A stretch of DNA of 11,848 nt from Candidatus Eiseniibacteriota bacterium (lineage in GTDB: Bacteria > Eisenbacteria > RBG-16-71-46 > DASYSL01). The stretch is taken from assembly GCA_031431875.1 (NCBI GenBank), contig JANPEF010000128.1, forward strand, positions 1 to 11,848. Reading direction: 5' to 3'. The translations under genes and the position numbers were made by a program. Positions 1-8,026 of the stretch are shown here, piece by piece (positions within the stretch are counted from its first letter, which is position 1; each line of letters starts with the position of its first letter). A model generated the notes under the pieces. That model saw only the letters and a program-made list of their open reading frames with translations, made no database searches and was not told the origin of the DNA.

Positions 1-1305
1 CGATGCCGCGGGTGCAGCCGGCGCGGGCGGCGCGGCGCGCATCGGCGCCGCCGCCGGCATCGCGGCCGCACCCCGCTCCGAAGTTCCAGCCCCCACACCC
101 GCACCACCACCACCGCCACCACCGCCACTCGTGCCACCGCCACCGCCACCGCCCGCCTCGATCCGCTCCAGCTCGGCAAGAATCGCCGCCAGCGTCCGGC
201 CCGGTTCCATGTGCGCCAGCTCGAGCGCGGCCGATTCGAAGTGGAGGAGCGGCTGCGACGACTCGCGCATCACGCCGATCGCGTCGGTGACGATGCGCAC
301 CTGGCGCAGGAGGTCCGCACTCGACCAGCCCTCGCCCTGCGTGACGTAGCGGGCGCACTCCTCGGGCGTGGCGGCGAGGAGGTCCTTCGCGGCCGGGTCG
401 ACCTTGAGCACGAGCACGTTGCGCAGGTGCTCGAGCAGGCCGTCGGCCAGGTCCTTGGGATCGAAACCGGCTCGGTAGGCGCGGTGAAGCTGCGTCAGGG
501 TCGCAGCGGGATCGCGCGTCAAGATCGGCTCGGCGAGGTCGAAGAACGTCTCGCGCGAGACGAGGCCCAGGATCTCGGTGACGGTGGCCTCGTCGACGGT
601 GGTGCGGCCGGTCGAGACGACCTGGTCGAGCGCCGAAACGGCGTCGCGCAGCCCGCCCTCGGCCTTGCGCGCGATCAGGAGTGCCGCGGCCTCGTCGAGC
701 TCGATCGTGCGGCCGGCCTTGGTCTCGAGGCGCGCGATCTCGGCCAGGCGATCGGCGATCGTGCGCACCGACACGCGCGCCATCTCGTAGCGCTGGCAGC
801 GCGAGCGAATCGTGTCGGGGAGCTTGAGCGGATCGGTGGTGGCGAAGATGAAACACACCCTGGGCGGCGGCTCCTCGAGCGTCTTGAGGAGCGCGGCGAA
901 CGCGTCGGCCGAGAGCTGGTGGACCTCGTCGACGATGTAGACCTTCCAGCCCCCGCCGGTGGCGGCGAAGCGCACCTTTTCGCGCAACTGCTGGATGTCG
1001 GCGATGCCGCGGTTGCTGGCCCCGTCGATCTCGACGACGTCGAGCGCGACGCCGTTGGTGATGTCCTTGCAGGTGTCGCACTTGTTGCACGGCTCAACGC
1101 CCTTGCGGTTGGGGCAGTTGAGCGTCTTGGCGAGGATGCGGGCGGTCGTCGTCTTGCCGGTGCCGCGCGGGCCGGAGAACAGGTACGCGTGGGCGACCCT
1201 GTCGTGCTCGACGGCCTTGGCCAGCACGTCGGTGACGTGGCGCTGCCCCGCGACGTCCCCGAAGGTCTGGGGTCGATACGCGAGGGCGAGTGCGCGGTGC
1301 TCCAT
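1..1305 (-). CDS. dnaX: DNA polymerase III subunit gamma/tau (3' end runs off the window)
   Basis: Manual translation from ATG at 1305: MEHRALALAYRPQTFGDVAGQRHV...AYLFSGPRGTGKTT (Walker A), LNCPNRKGVEPCNKCDTC (zinc module), EIDGAS, KVYIVDEVHQLS (Walker B), LLKTLEEPP, TIRSRCQ (SRC motif), then a Gly/Ala/Pro-rich linker. No stop was found in the translated stretches and the same frame holds to base 1. It lies directly downstream of ffs, a common arrangement. Confidence 0.98.
   Translation of the reverse strand, partial: MEHRALALAYRPQTFGDVAGQRHVTDVLAKAVEHDRVAHAYLFSGPRGTGKTTTARILAKTLNCPNRKGVEPCNKCDTCKDITNGVALDVVEIDGASNRGIADIQQLREKVRFAATGGGWKVYIVDEVHQLSADAFAALLKTLEEPPPRVCFIFATTDPLKLPDTIRSRCQRYEMARVSVRTIADRLAEIARLETKAGRTIELDEAAALLIARKAEGGLRDAVSALDQVVSTGRTTVDEATVTEILGLVSRETFFDLAEPILTRDPAATLTQLHRAYRAGFDPKDLADGLLEHLRNVLVLKVDPAAKDLLAATPEECARYVTQGEGWSSADLLRQVRIVTDAIGVMRESSQPLLHFESAALELAHMEPGRTLAAILAELERIEAGGGGGGGTSGGGGGGGGAGVGAGTSERGAAAMPAAAPMRAAPPAPAAPAAS
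103..153 (-). repeat. GGT/GGC trinucleotide tract encoding Gly7-Thr-Ser-Gly8 in the DnaX linker
   Basis: Plus strand shows runs of acc/gcc triplets in frame with dnaX, reading EA-GGGGGGG-TS-GGGGGGGG-AG. Confidence 0.9.
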
Positions 1306-1362
1306 GGCGGGCGGAGTTCCTTCGCTGGTCGGCACGGACGCTGCCAGGACTGCGGAAAAAAA

Positions 1363-1460
<98 letters not shown>

Positions 1461-1513
1461 ATCGGGTCCGATCGGTCGCCGGCGGGGACGCGGGCGGGGC
1501 GATCGGAAAAAAG

Positions 1514-1589
1514 TGGTGGAGATGACCGGGATCGAACCGGTGACCTCGTCGTTGCGAACGACGCGCTCTACCAACTGAGCTACATCCCC
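1514..1589 (-). tRNA. tRNA-Ala(CGC)
   Basis: GGGGATGTAGCTCAGTTGGTAGAGCGCGTCGTT-CGC-AACGACGAGGTCACCGGTTCGATCCCGGTCATCTCCACCA: 76 nt cloverleaf, G3:U70 alanine identity pair, A73, encoded CCA. Confidence 0.98.
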
Positions 1590-1650
1590 GAGGCCTCTAA
1601 CGTGTTGTGCCGCCCGCGTCTGGTCTGCCCGGGGGCGGCTCACGGACGGC

Positions 1651-1679
1651 ATCTTAGGGGCGTCGCGGGGGCAAGTCAA
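1651..1679 (-). promoter_or_regulatory. Sigma70-type promoter for tRNA-Ala/ffs
   Basis: TTGACT (1679-1674), 17 nt spacer, TAAGAT (1656-1651), followed by a GC-rich discriminator GCCGTCC typical of stable-RNA promoters. Confidence 0.85.
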
Positions 1680-1693
1680 GGCGTGCGACCGGC

Positions 1694-4399
1694 CTACTTC
1701 CGGCCCTGCTGGCGCTCGACCTCCGCGGCCCAGTCGACGACGACCGAGATCGGCGCCACGTTGCCCTGCTCGAGCTGGCGCACGATGAAGAACCGCTGGC
1801 CATCCGACGTCGGCTTCCATTGCGAAATGGTGAGCGGCGCCGTGGTTGCGCCCACGGCGAAGAGCGGCTGCGCCGTTCCCCATTCGAACGATGTGCCGGG
1901 CAGGATCGGAACGGCCATCATCGTATCCCCGACCAGGGTGCGGAAGAAGAGCTCGCGGCCATCGGCCCGCCACTCGGGGTTGCGCGCGCCGTTGGCCGAG
2001 ATCTGCCAGCGGCTCGACGGCACGGGGTACGACTGGACGTAGATCTCCGGGCGCGTCGACTCGCTCGACTGCACCGCGACCCAGCGTCCGTCGGGCGAGA
2101 AGCGGGCATCGAACTCGTCGAACGGGCCGTCGCCGACGACCCCGGCCGCCACGGTGCTATCTCCCGGGGAAAGGGTCTTGAGATCCCAGCTCCCCGCCGG
2201 GCTGACGAAGCTCACGAGCAGGCGGTCAAGGGCCGCGTTCCAGCTCACGGCGCCATGCGCCACTCCCTCCTGCCCCTTGACCATGCGCTCCGCACCCACG
2301 CCGCTGGCGAGCTTGATGAAGATCCGGTGCGGCCCGCCCCGCGCCGAGGCCCATGCGATCTGGGTCCCGTCCGGCGACCAGACGGGCCAGACGTCGGAGG
2401 CATTGTCGAACGTGAGGCGCGACGTCGTCCCCCGCCGCAGGTCACGCACCCAGATGTCGGCGTTTCCCGCTTCGTCGCTACGGGCGAACGCGAGGCGTGT
2501 GTCGTCGGGCGAGAGGGCGATCTCGCCGTAGTTCGCCTGCCCCTCGATGGTCTCGAGCACCTTCCCCGCCCGGTCGACGACCACGATCTGATCCTTCGAC
2601 TCCCCGGCGCGGGCGCGGTAGGCGATCGACCCGGTGAGCGAGCCCGAGAAGTCGCCGGAGTTGGAGAGGTTTCCGAGGTTTTCGGCGATCGGGAATGCCT
2701 CGCCGAGGCACTTGCCCGCGGCGAGATCGAAGCGCCGCGCGAACAGCGTCGCCTCGCGGGCGTAAAGGAGGTAGCCCGGCGCGACGTACTCGACCCGCGA
2801 ATCGCAACTGTCGACGATCGTCGTCTCGAACGAGCCGAGCTTTCCGAGCCGGATCAGGTCGAGTTGTCCAGCGGCCGTGTCGGCGGTGTAGAGGAAGCGC
2901 TTGCCGTCCGGGAGGAACGATGGCCAGGCGTGGCCGACCTCGCCGCGCGCGAGATCGAATCGCGTGGCGGGGCGGACGGCACCGCCGCTGGCGGAGACCG
3001 CCAGGATCGAGTCGCCCGGTCCGCCGTCGAGCAGGATCGTGCCGTCGCCGCCCCAGCTCCCATCGAAGCGGCCGGACGCGTCGGCGATCAACTGAATCGC
3101 TCCGCCTCCCGCCGAGATCTTCTTCAGTTTCTCGCCGACCATGAACGCGAGCGACCTCCCGTCCGGCGACCAGAACGGGCGCCCGGCCGACTCGGTCCCC
3201 TCGAGCGGCGTGGCACTCGCCTCGTCGAGGTGCCGGATGTAGATGCGTCGCGCGCCCGTCGAATCGGACATGAGGAATGCGAGCGTTTCGCCGTCCGGTG
3301 AGAGGCGCGGCCAGAGGAACGTCCGCACGCCCGGCGCGGGCTCGATCTCGAAACGCACGGTCTGCCGGTGGGGCTGTGGGCGCGGGAAGTACAGGCCGGC
3401 GAAGATCGCCGCCGCGACCAGGCCGAGACCGGCGATGGCGAGCGGGACGAGGCCGGCGCGCGATCTGCCGGCGGCCGCCGCAGGCGAGGCCGGAGCAGGC
3501 GCCAGCGTCGAAGGATCGGCGACGAACCGCGCCAGGTCGTAGCGCACGTCGCCGATCGCCTGGTAGCGCTCGTCGGCGCGGGTGGCGAGGCAGCGGCGCA
3601 GGAGCGCGAGCACCGGCGCAGGCAGGTCGGCGGGCAGGCGACTCCACGGCACGTCGCCCTTGATCACCGAGGCGAGGATCTCGGAGATGTCCTCGCCGGC
3701 GAAAGTGCGCGTGCCGCTCAGCATCTCGAAGAGGACGCAGCCGAAGGAGAACACATCGGTGCGCGCGTCGACGTTGCGGCCACGCGCCTGCTCGGGCGAC
3801 ATGTACGCCGCGGTGCCGAGGATGACGCCGGCCTGCGTCGCGGCATTCGCGATCGTCGGCGACTGGCTGAGGTGCACGTCGACCTGCGACGACGACGCGT
3901 CGGCGCTGGTCGGCTTGGCGAGCCCGAAGTCGAGCACCTTGACCTGGCCGTCGGGCGTCAGCCGCACGTTCGCGGGCTTGAGGTCGCGGTGAACGACGCC
4001 CTTGAGGTGCGCGGCCTCGAGCCCCCGCGCGATCTGGAGCGCGATGCCCAGGGCATCCTCGAGCGGCAGCGCCCCGGCGTCGATGCGCTTCGTCAGGTCT
4101 TCGCCAGGGACGAGTTCCATGACCAGCGCCTTGCGCCCGTCCGCCTCCTCGATCCCGTACAGCCCCGCGATGTTCGGATGGTTGAGCGAGGCGAGCACGC
4201 GCGCCTCGCGCTCGAAGCGCGCCATGCGTTCGACGTCGGCGGCCATCGCGTCGGGGATGACCTTGAGCGCGACCTCGCGTCCCAGCCGCGTGTCGGTGGC
4301 CTGGAACACCTCGCCCATGCCGCCGGCGCCGAGCGCGCCGACGATCTGGTACGGGCCGAACGAGTGACCTGGGATCAACGATCCGGAATCTGCGGGCAC
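1694..4399 (-). CDS. Membrane Hanks-type Ser/Thr protein kinase with C-terminal TolB/PD40-like beta-propeller domain (kinase 1, ~901 aa)
   Basis: Kinase motifs GAGGMG, VALK, HRDLKPAN, DFG, GTAAYMSPEQ; one hydrophobic segment (LVPLAIAGLGLVAAAIFAGLYF); repeated SPDG/WSPDG/LPDG blades. Start reassigned to GTG at 4399, preceded by GGGGAGG; the longer ORF-track start overlaps vapC. Confidence 0.93.
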   Translation of the reverse strand: MPADSGSLIPGHSFGPYQIVGALGAGGMGEVFQATDTRLGREVALKVIPDAMAADVERMARFEREARVLASLNHPNIAGLYGIEEADGRKALVMELVPGEDLTKRIDAGALPLEDALGIALQIARGLEAAHLKGVVHRDLKPANVRLTPDGQVKVLDFGLAKPTSADASSSQVDVHLSQSPTIANAATQAGVILGTAAYMSPEQARGRNVDARTDVFSFGCVLFEMLSGTRTFAGEDISEILASVIKGDVPWSRLPADLPAPVLALLRRCLATRADERYQAIGDVRYDLARFVADPSTLAPAPASPAAAAGRSRAGLVPLAIAGLGLVAAAIFAGLYFPRPQPHRQTVRFEIEPAPGVRTFLWPRLSPDGETLAFLMSDSTGARRIYIRHLDEASATPLEGTESAGRPFWSPDGRSLAFMVGEKLKKISAGGGAIQLIADASGRFDGSWGGDGTILLDGGPGDSILAVSASGGAVRPATRFDLARGEVGHAWPSFLPDGKRFLYTADTAAGQLDLIRLGKLGSFETTIVDSCDSRVEYVAPGYLLYAREATLFARRFDLAAGKCLGEAFPIAENLGNLSNSGDFSGSLTGSIAYRARAGESKDQIVVVDRAGKVLETIEGQANYGEIALSPDDTRLAFARSDEAGNADIWVRDLRRGTTSRLTFDNASDVWPVWSPDGTQIAWASARGGPHRIFIKLASGVGAERMVKGQEGVAHGAVSWNAALDRLLVSFVSPAGSWDLKTLSPGDSTVAAGVVGDGPFDEFDARFSPDGRWVAVQSSESTRPEIYVQSYPVPSSRWQISANGARNPEWRADGRELFFRTLVGDTMMAVPILPGTSFEWGTAQPLFAVGATTAPLTISQWKPTSDGQRFFIVRQLEQGNVAPISVVVDWAAEVERQQGRK

Positions 4400-4454
4400 G
4401 CGTCCTCCCCGAACGTGGCGGTGCGACGACGATCTGAAGAGATGGAAGGCCGGG

Positions 4455-4463
4455 AGCCTACCA
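4455..4463 (-). promoter_or_regulatory. Possible extended -10 promoter for kinase 1
   Basis: TG-G-TAGGCT about 55 nt upstream of the GTG start; no convincing -35. Confidence 0.45.
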
Positions 4464-4479
4464 CAGCCCCGGCACAGCG

Positions 4480-4899
4480 CTAGCCGAGGCCGATCACGTC
4501 CATGCCGAAGGCGCGCGCAGCGGTGCCGAGCGCAAGGTCGTGGGTGGCGAGGACGAGCGTCTCTCCGGTCGACTCGGTCCACAGAAGCGCGGTGGCAAGA
4601 TGGATCGCGTCGAGGGTGCGCAGCGGAGTCGGCATCGGCGCGGCGGCCCGCTCGAGGACGATCGGATCCGGATTCATCACCTCGAGTGTCTCGAGAATCC
4701 GGAGAGTCGAGTTCCGGCACCCGGCCCAGTCCGCATCGGACATCGAGACCCGCCGCCGATAGTTCTCGAGCCCACGCAGACACTCGACTCGGGTCAGCGT
4801 GCTCGTGATCCCACGCGCGACGGTCGGCCACTCGACCAATGCAGCCGACTGGCCCAGGGCGAGCCGGAGCACGACGGACGAGTCCACGTAGGTCGTCAT
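4480..4899 (-). CDS. vapC: PIN-domain VapC family toxin (139 aa)
   Basis: MTTYVDSSVVLR...LTRVECLRGL...LRTLDAIHLATA...LATHDLAL contains all four PIN acidic residues. The ATG at 4899 overlaps the antitoxin stop (ATGA). Confidence 0.93.
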   Translation of the reverse strand: MTTYVDSSVVLRLALGQSAALVEWPTVARGITSTLTRVECLRGLENYRRRVSMSDADWAGCRNSTLRILETLEVMNPDPIVLERAAAPMPTPLRTLDAIHLATALLWTESTGETLVLATHDLALGTAARAFGMDVIGLG

Positions 4900-5165
4900 C
4901 CGTCCGTCTCGCGCTCCTCGATCAGGAACTCGACGATGTCCGGCAGCCCGGGAATCGGCGGCGGCAGCAGCACGTCGCACGGCCGCGGAGTGCCCGGCTT
5001 CGGCATGCGAATGGTGAGGGTTGGCGGTGTGGAGTCGTCAAACGGCACGATGCGCGCGACCGGCGTCTGCCGATCCATGACGATGATCTCGCCACCCTTC
5101 CGAACCTGGTGCAGGTAGGCGCTGAGCTCAGCCTTCAGGCGGGAGATCGAAACCTGACTCTTCAT
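4896..5165 (-). CDS. Phd/YefM-fold antitoxin (VapB-type partner, 89 aa)
   Basis: MKSQVSISRLKAELSAYLHQVRKGGEIIVMDRQTPVARIVP is a typical prevent-host-death N-terminus, followed by a Pro-rich/acidic tail ending LIEER. It has a 4-nt overlap with vapC. Confidence 0.93.
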   Translation of the reverse strand: MKSQVSISRLKAELSAYLHQVRKGGEIIVMDRQTPVARIVPFDDSTPPTLTIRMPKPGTPRPCDVLLPPPIPGLPDIVEFLIEERETDG

Positions 5166-5200
5166 GACCAGATGATAGTCCGATCTGGTCACGAGCGCAA
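5165..5200 (-). promoter_or_regulatory. Leaderless sigma70 promoter with overlapping palindromic operator of the TA operon
   Basis: TTGCGC (5200-5195), 17 nt, TATCAT (5177-5172), 6 nt, ATG (5165). A perfect inverted repeat TGACCAGAT-N9-ATCTGGTCA spans 5165-5191. Confidence 0.85.
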
Positions 5201-5207
5201 GAACCCC

Positions 5208-7901
5208 CTACTTCGGCAGTTCCGCCGCCGCGTCGAGCACGACGATGATCGGCGACACCCGCCGCGACTCGAGACCGGCCGGCTCGATCGACAGGAGCTC
5301 GGCCCCGTCGCGGACGGGAATGTTCGTCGACGGCGAGAGCAACGGCCCCGCGGACTTGAACAGCGGCGTGGGCGTCCCGATCCGCGGGACCCCGTCGGGA
5401 CCGACGGCAAACGTCGCCCGCATGAAGTCCCCCGAGTTCGAGCGAAACTGCAGTGCCGCGCCCCCGTCGACCCACCACGCATTGGTGCCACCCTGCACGG
5501 ACACCTGCCAGCGACCGAGCGTGCGCGGGAAGGTCTGCACGTAGACCTCGTAGCGTCCCGACTCATTGCTGTCGAGCGCGATGAACCGGCCGTCGGGCGA
5601 CAGTTTCGGGGTCTGCTGGTTGGCGGCCATGGGCTCGACGCGCAAGGGCGAGGCCCCCGCCTCGCGGATCGGAATGGCGATCGCCCGCCACGAGCCGTCC
5701 GCGAGCTCGAGTTCCTGCCCGAGGATCCAGTTTCCGTCGGCCGACCACTGGATCGGCCCGGTGTTGCCCTGGTCCTGTCCGGGGACCAGGCGTTCCTCAC
5801 CCAGGCCCGAGGCCGCCTTGATCATGATCCGAAAGGTGCCGCCGCGGTCCGAGCTGAATGCGATCGAGTCGCCGTCGGGCGACCAGACCGGCCACATGTC
5901 GTTCCCCGGATCGAACGTGAGGCGCGTGCGCGTGCCGCGCACGAGATCCTCGATCCACAGGTCACGCTTGATCGAGCGCGGGTCCGCGATCGCCAGGCAC
6001 AGGCGGCGGGCGTCCGGCGACACCCCCATGCTGTTGACGAGGCACGGTTCGCCGATCCGGCCCAGGAGTTTCCCCGTCCGGTCGTAGCGCGCGACGATGT
6101 TCCGACTGCCCGCTCCCGTCGACTGGAAGGCGATCGTTCCGTTCGTCGCGACCGAGAAGGCCTGCGTATTCGTCGTCGTCCCGGCCGCCTCGCCGACCAC
6201 GATCGGATTGCCGGTGAGCTTGCCGCTGCCGAGGTCGAACCGGCGGGCGACGACGATCTCCCCGTCGACGTAGACGAGATGACTCGGCGCCAGGAACTCG
6301 GCGCGCGAGTCGAGACTGTCGATGAAGGTGGACTGGACCGAGCCGAAACGACCCAGGCGCAGGAGCGACTTCGCCGTCCCGACCCGACCGCTCTGGAAGA
6401 GGAATCGCTTCCCGTCGGGCAGCACGGCGGGCCACATGTGCTGCGACTCGCGCATGCCCGCATCCAGCGAGGTCGCGGCGGTGATCGGTCCCCCCGTCGC
6501 GGGGATCGTGCGCAACGTGTCGCCCGAGGCGCCGTCGAAGATAATGAGTCCATTGGCGCTCCACGAGCCGTCGGACGCGCCGGGCGCCTCGCCCAGCGTC
6601 TGCACGTTGCCGCCCCCCACGCCGACCTTCCGCAACTTGCCCTCGCTGAACCACGCCAGCTCCTTCGAATCGGGCGACCAGAACGGGCGCGCCGAACCCT
6701 CGGTTCCGCCCAGCGGATACGCGCGCGTCGCGCTCAGCGGCCGGATCCAGATCTGCGACGTCCCCGCCGAGTCGCGCGACATGAACGCGAGCATCGAACC
6801 GTCAGGCGAGAGCCGGGGCCACGACATCGACTGGGCGCCAGGCGGCGCCTCGACGATGAAGCGCACGGTGCGACGCACCGGCTTCGGCTGCAGCACGAGC
6901 ACGGTGCCGAGCGCGCCCGCGGCGAGCATGCCGATCGCGGCAACGATCCACGCCAGGCGCTCGTGGCGCCGACGTGCGGCCGCGACCGGCGCGGGCACGC
7001 CGGCCTGCGAGCCGCCCTCCTCGATCCAGCGCAGTTGCAGCTTCACATCGTGCGCGGTCTGGATGCGCTCTTCCGGGTCCTTGGCGAGGCACGCCTGCAC
7101 CAGCCGATCGAGCGCGGGCGGTGCGACTGGAACGAGCTCGGCGATGGGACGCGGCTGCTCCTTGAGAATCGAGGCGATCAAGCTCGCCTGGCTCGCGCCC
7201 ATGAAGGCGGGCCGGCCGGTCGCCATCTGGTAGAGCACGGCGCCGAACGCCCACAGGTCGCTGCGCGCGTCGGCGTCCTTGCCCTCGAGCTGCTCGGGCG
7301 CCATGTACTGGAACGTGCCGACGATTGCGCCGGCCATCGTCAGCGGCCCGGTCATCGTGGGGCCCATCGGCGTCGAGGCGCGCGTGCCGCCGAAGACGCT
7401 GCTGCCGGGCGTTCCCGCCGCCGGCGTGGTGGGCCGCGCGAGCCCGAAGTCGAGCAGCTTGGCGCCCTGCCTGGTGAGCATGATGTTGCCGGGCTTCAAG
7501 TCGCGGTGGACGAGGCCCTGGCGATGCGCGCGATCGAGCGCGTCGGCGATCTGGGCGCCGAGCTTGAGCACCTCGTTGGTGGGCAATGCCCCGCGCTCGA
7601 GGCGCGCGGCGAGCGTCTCGCCCTCGAGCAGCTCCATCACGAGATAGTCACGCTCGCCCTCGCGGCCCACGTCGTACAGCGCGCAGATGTGCGGATGGTT
7701 CAGCGCGGCGACCGAGCGCGCCTCGCGCTCGAAGCGCGCACGCAGGCCCTCGTCCTCGGAGACCGCGAACGGCAGCACCTTGACCGCGACCTCGCGCCCC
7801 AGGCGCGTGTCCTTCGCCCGGTACACCTCGCCCATGCCGCCGGCGCCAAGGGGACCGACGATTTCGTAGGGGCCGAGCTTGGTGCCGGGTTCGAGCGTCA
7901 T
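5208..7901 (-). CDS. Membrane Hanks-type Ser/Thr protein kinase with C-terminal TolB/PD40-like beta-propeller domain (kinase 2, 897 aa)
   Basis: MTLEPGTKLGPYEIVGPLGAGGMG, VAVK, HRDLKPGN, DFG, GTFQYMAPEQ; TM segment LAWIVAAIGMLAAGALGTVLVL; SPDG/WSPD repeats. The ATG at 7901 has AGGAG 10 nt upstream. Confidence 0.94.
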   Translation of the reverse strand: MTLEPGTKLGPYEIVGPLGAGGMGEVYRAKDTRLGREVAVKVLPFAVSEDEGLRARFEREARSVAALNHPHICALYDVGREGERDYLVMELLEGETLAARLERGALPTNEVLKLGAQIADALDRAHRQGLVHRDLKPGNIMLTRQGAKLLDFGLARPTTPAAGTPGSSVFGGTRASTPMGPTMTGPLTMAGAIVGTFQYMAPEQLEGKDADARSDLWAFGAVLYQMATGRPAFMGASQASLIASILKEQPRPIAELVPVAPPALDRLVQACLAKDPEERIQTAHDVKLQLRWIEEGGSQAGVPAPVAAARRRHERLAWIVAAIGMLAAGALGTVLVLQPKPVRRTVRFIVEAPPGAQSMSWPRLSPDGSMLAFMSRDSAGTSQIWIRPLSATRAYPLGGTEGSARPFWSPDSKELAWFSEGKLRKVGVGGGNVQTLGEAPGASDGSWSANGLIIFDGASGDTLRTIPATGGPITAATSLDAGMRESQHMWPAVLPDGKRFLFQSGRVGTAKSLLRLGRFGSVQSTFIDSLDSRAEFLAPSHLVYVDGEIVVARRFDLGSGKLTGNPIVVGEAAGTTTNTQAFSVATNGTIAFQSTGAGSRNIVARYDRTGKLLGRIGEPCLVNSMGVSPDARRLCLAIADPRSIKRDLWIEDLVRGTRTRLTFDPGNDMWPVWSPDGDSIAFSSDRGGTFRIMIKAASGLGEERLVPGQDQGNTGPIQWSADGNWILGQELELADGSWRAIAIPIREAGASPLRVEPMAANQQTPKLSPDGRFIALDSNESGRYEVYVQTFPRTLGRWQVSVQGGTNAWWVDGGAALQFRSNSGDFMRATFAVGPDGVPRIGTPTPLFKSAGPLLSPSTNIPVRDGAELLSIEPAGLESRRVSPIIVVLDAAAELPK

Positions 7902-7951
7902 GTTGTCAGGGCTCCTGCGTGGGGGTGCCGGAAGGGGCGAAGGGCGCGCGA

Positions 7952-7960
7952 AATCTACCA
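7952..7960 (-). promoter_or_regulatory. Possible extended -10 promoter for kinase 2
   Basis: TG-G-TAGATT 50 nt upstream of the ATG, in an AT-richer intergenic patch. Confidence 0.5.
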
Positions 7961-7991
7961 TAGGTTGCGGATTGGAACAGGGGCTTTGGGC

Positions 7992-8026
7992 TCGACTGCC
8001 CGCGGCGCGGTGCCGATATTGAACGC
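7992..8026 (+). promoter_or_regulatory. Possible leaderless promoter for the lipoprotein gene
   Basis: TCGACT (7992-7997), 17 nt, GATATT (8015-8020), 6 nt, ATG (8027); no Shine-Dalgarno visible. Confidence 0.45.

Noticed and set aside
3..290. His/Pro-rich plus-strand ORF resembling a metal-binding peptide
   Set aside because: The His run is simply the antisense reading of the dnaX poly-Gly codons.
1590..1693. Duplicated tRNA-Ser 3' end marking the far boundary of an island
   Set aside because: No such fragment was seen; the region is explained by the tRNA-Ala promoter and leader.
4400..4831. 144-aa N-terminal extension of kinase 1 in the ORF track
   Set aside because: It overlaps vapC in another frame and has low-complexity Arg-rich composition; a GTG with a Shine-Dalgarno at 4399 matches the start position of the paralog.
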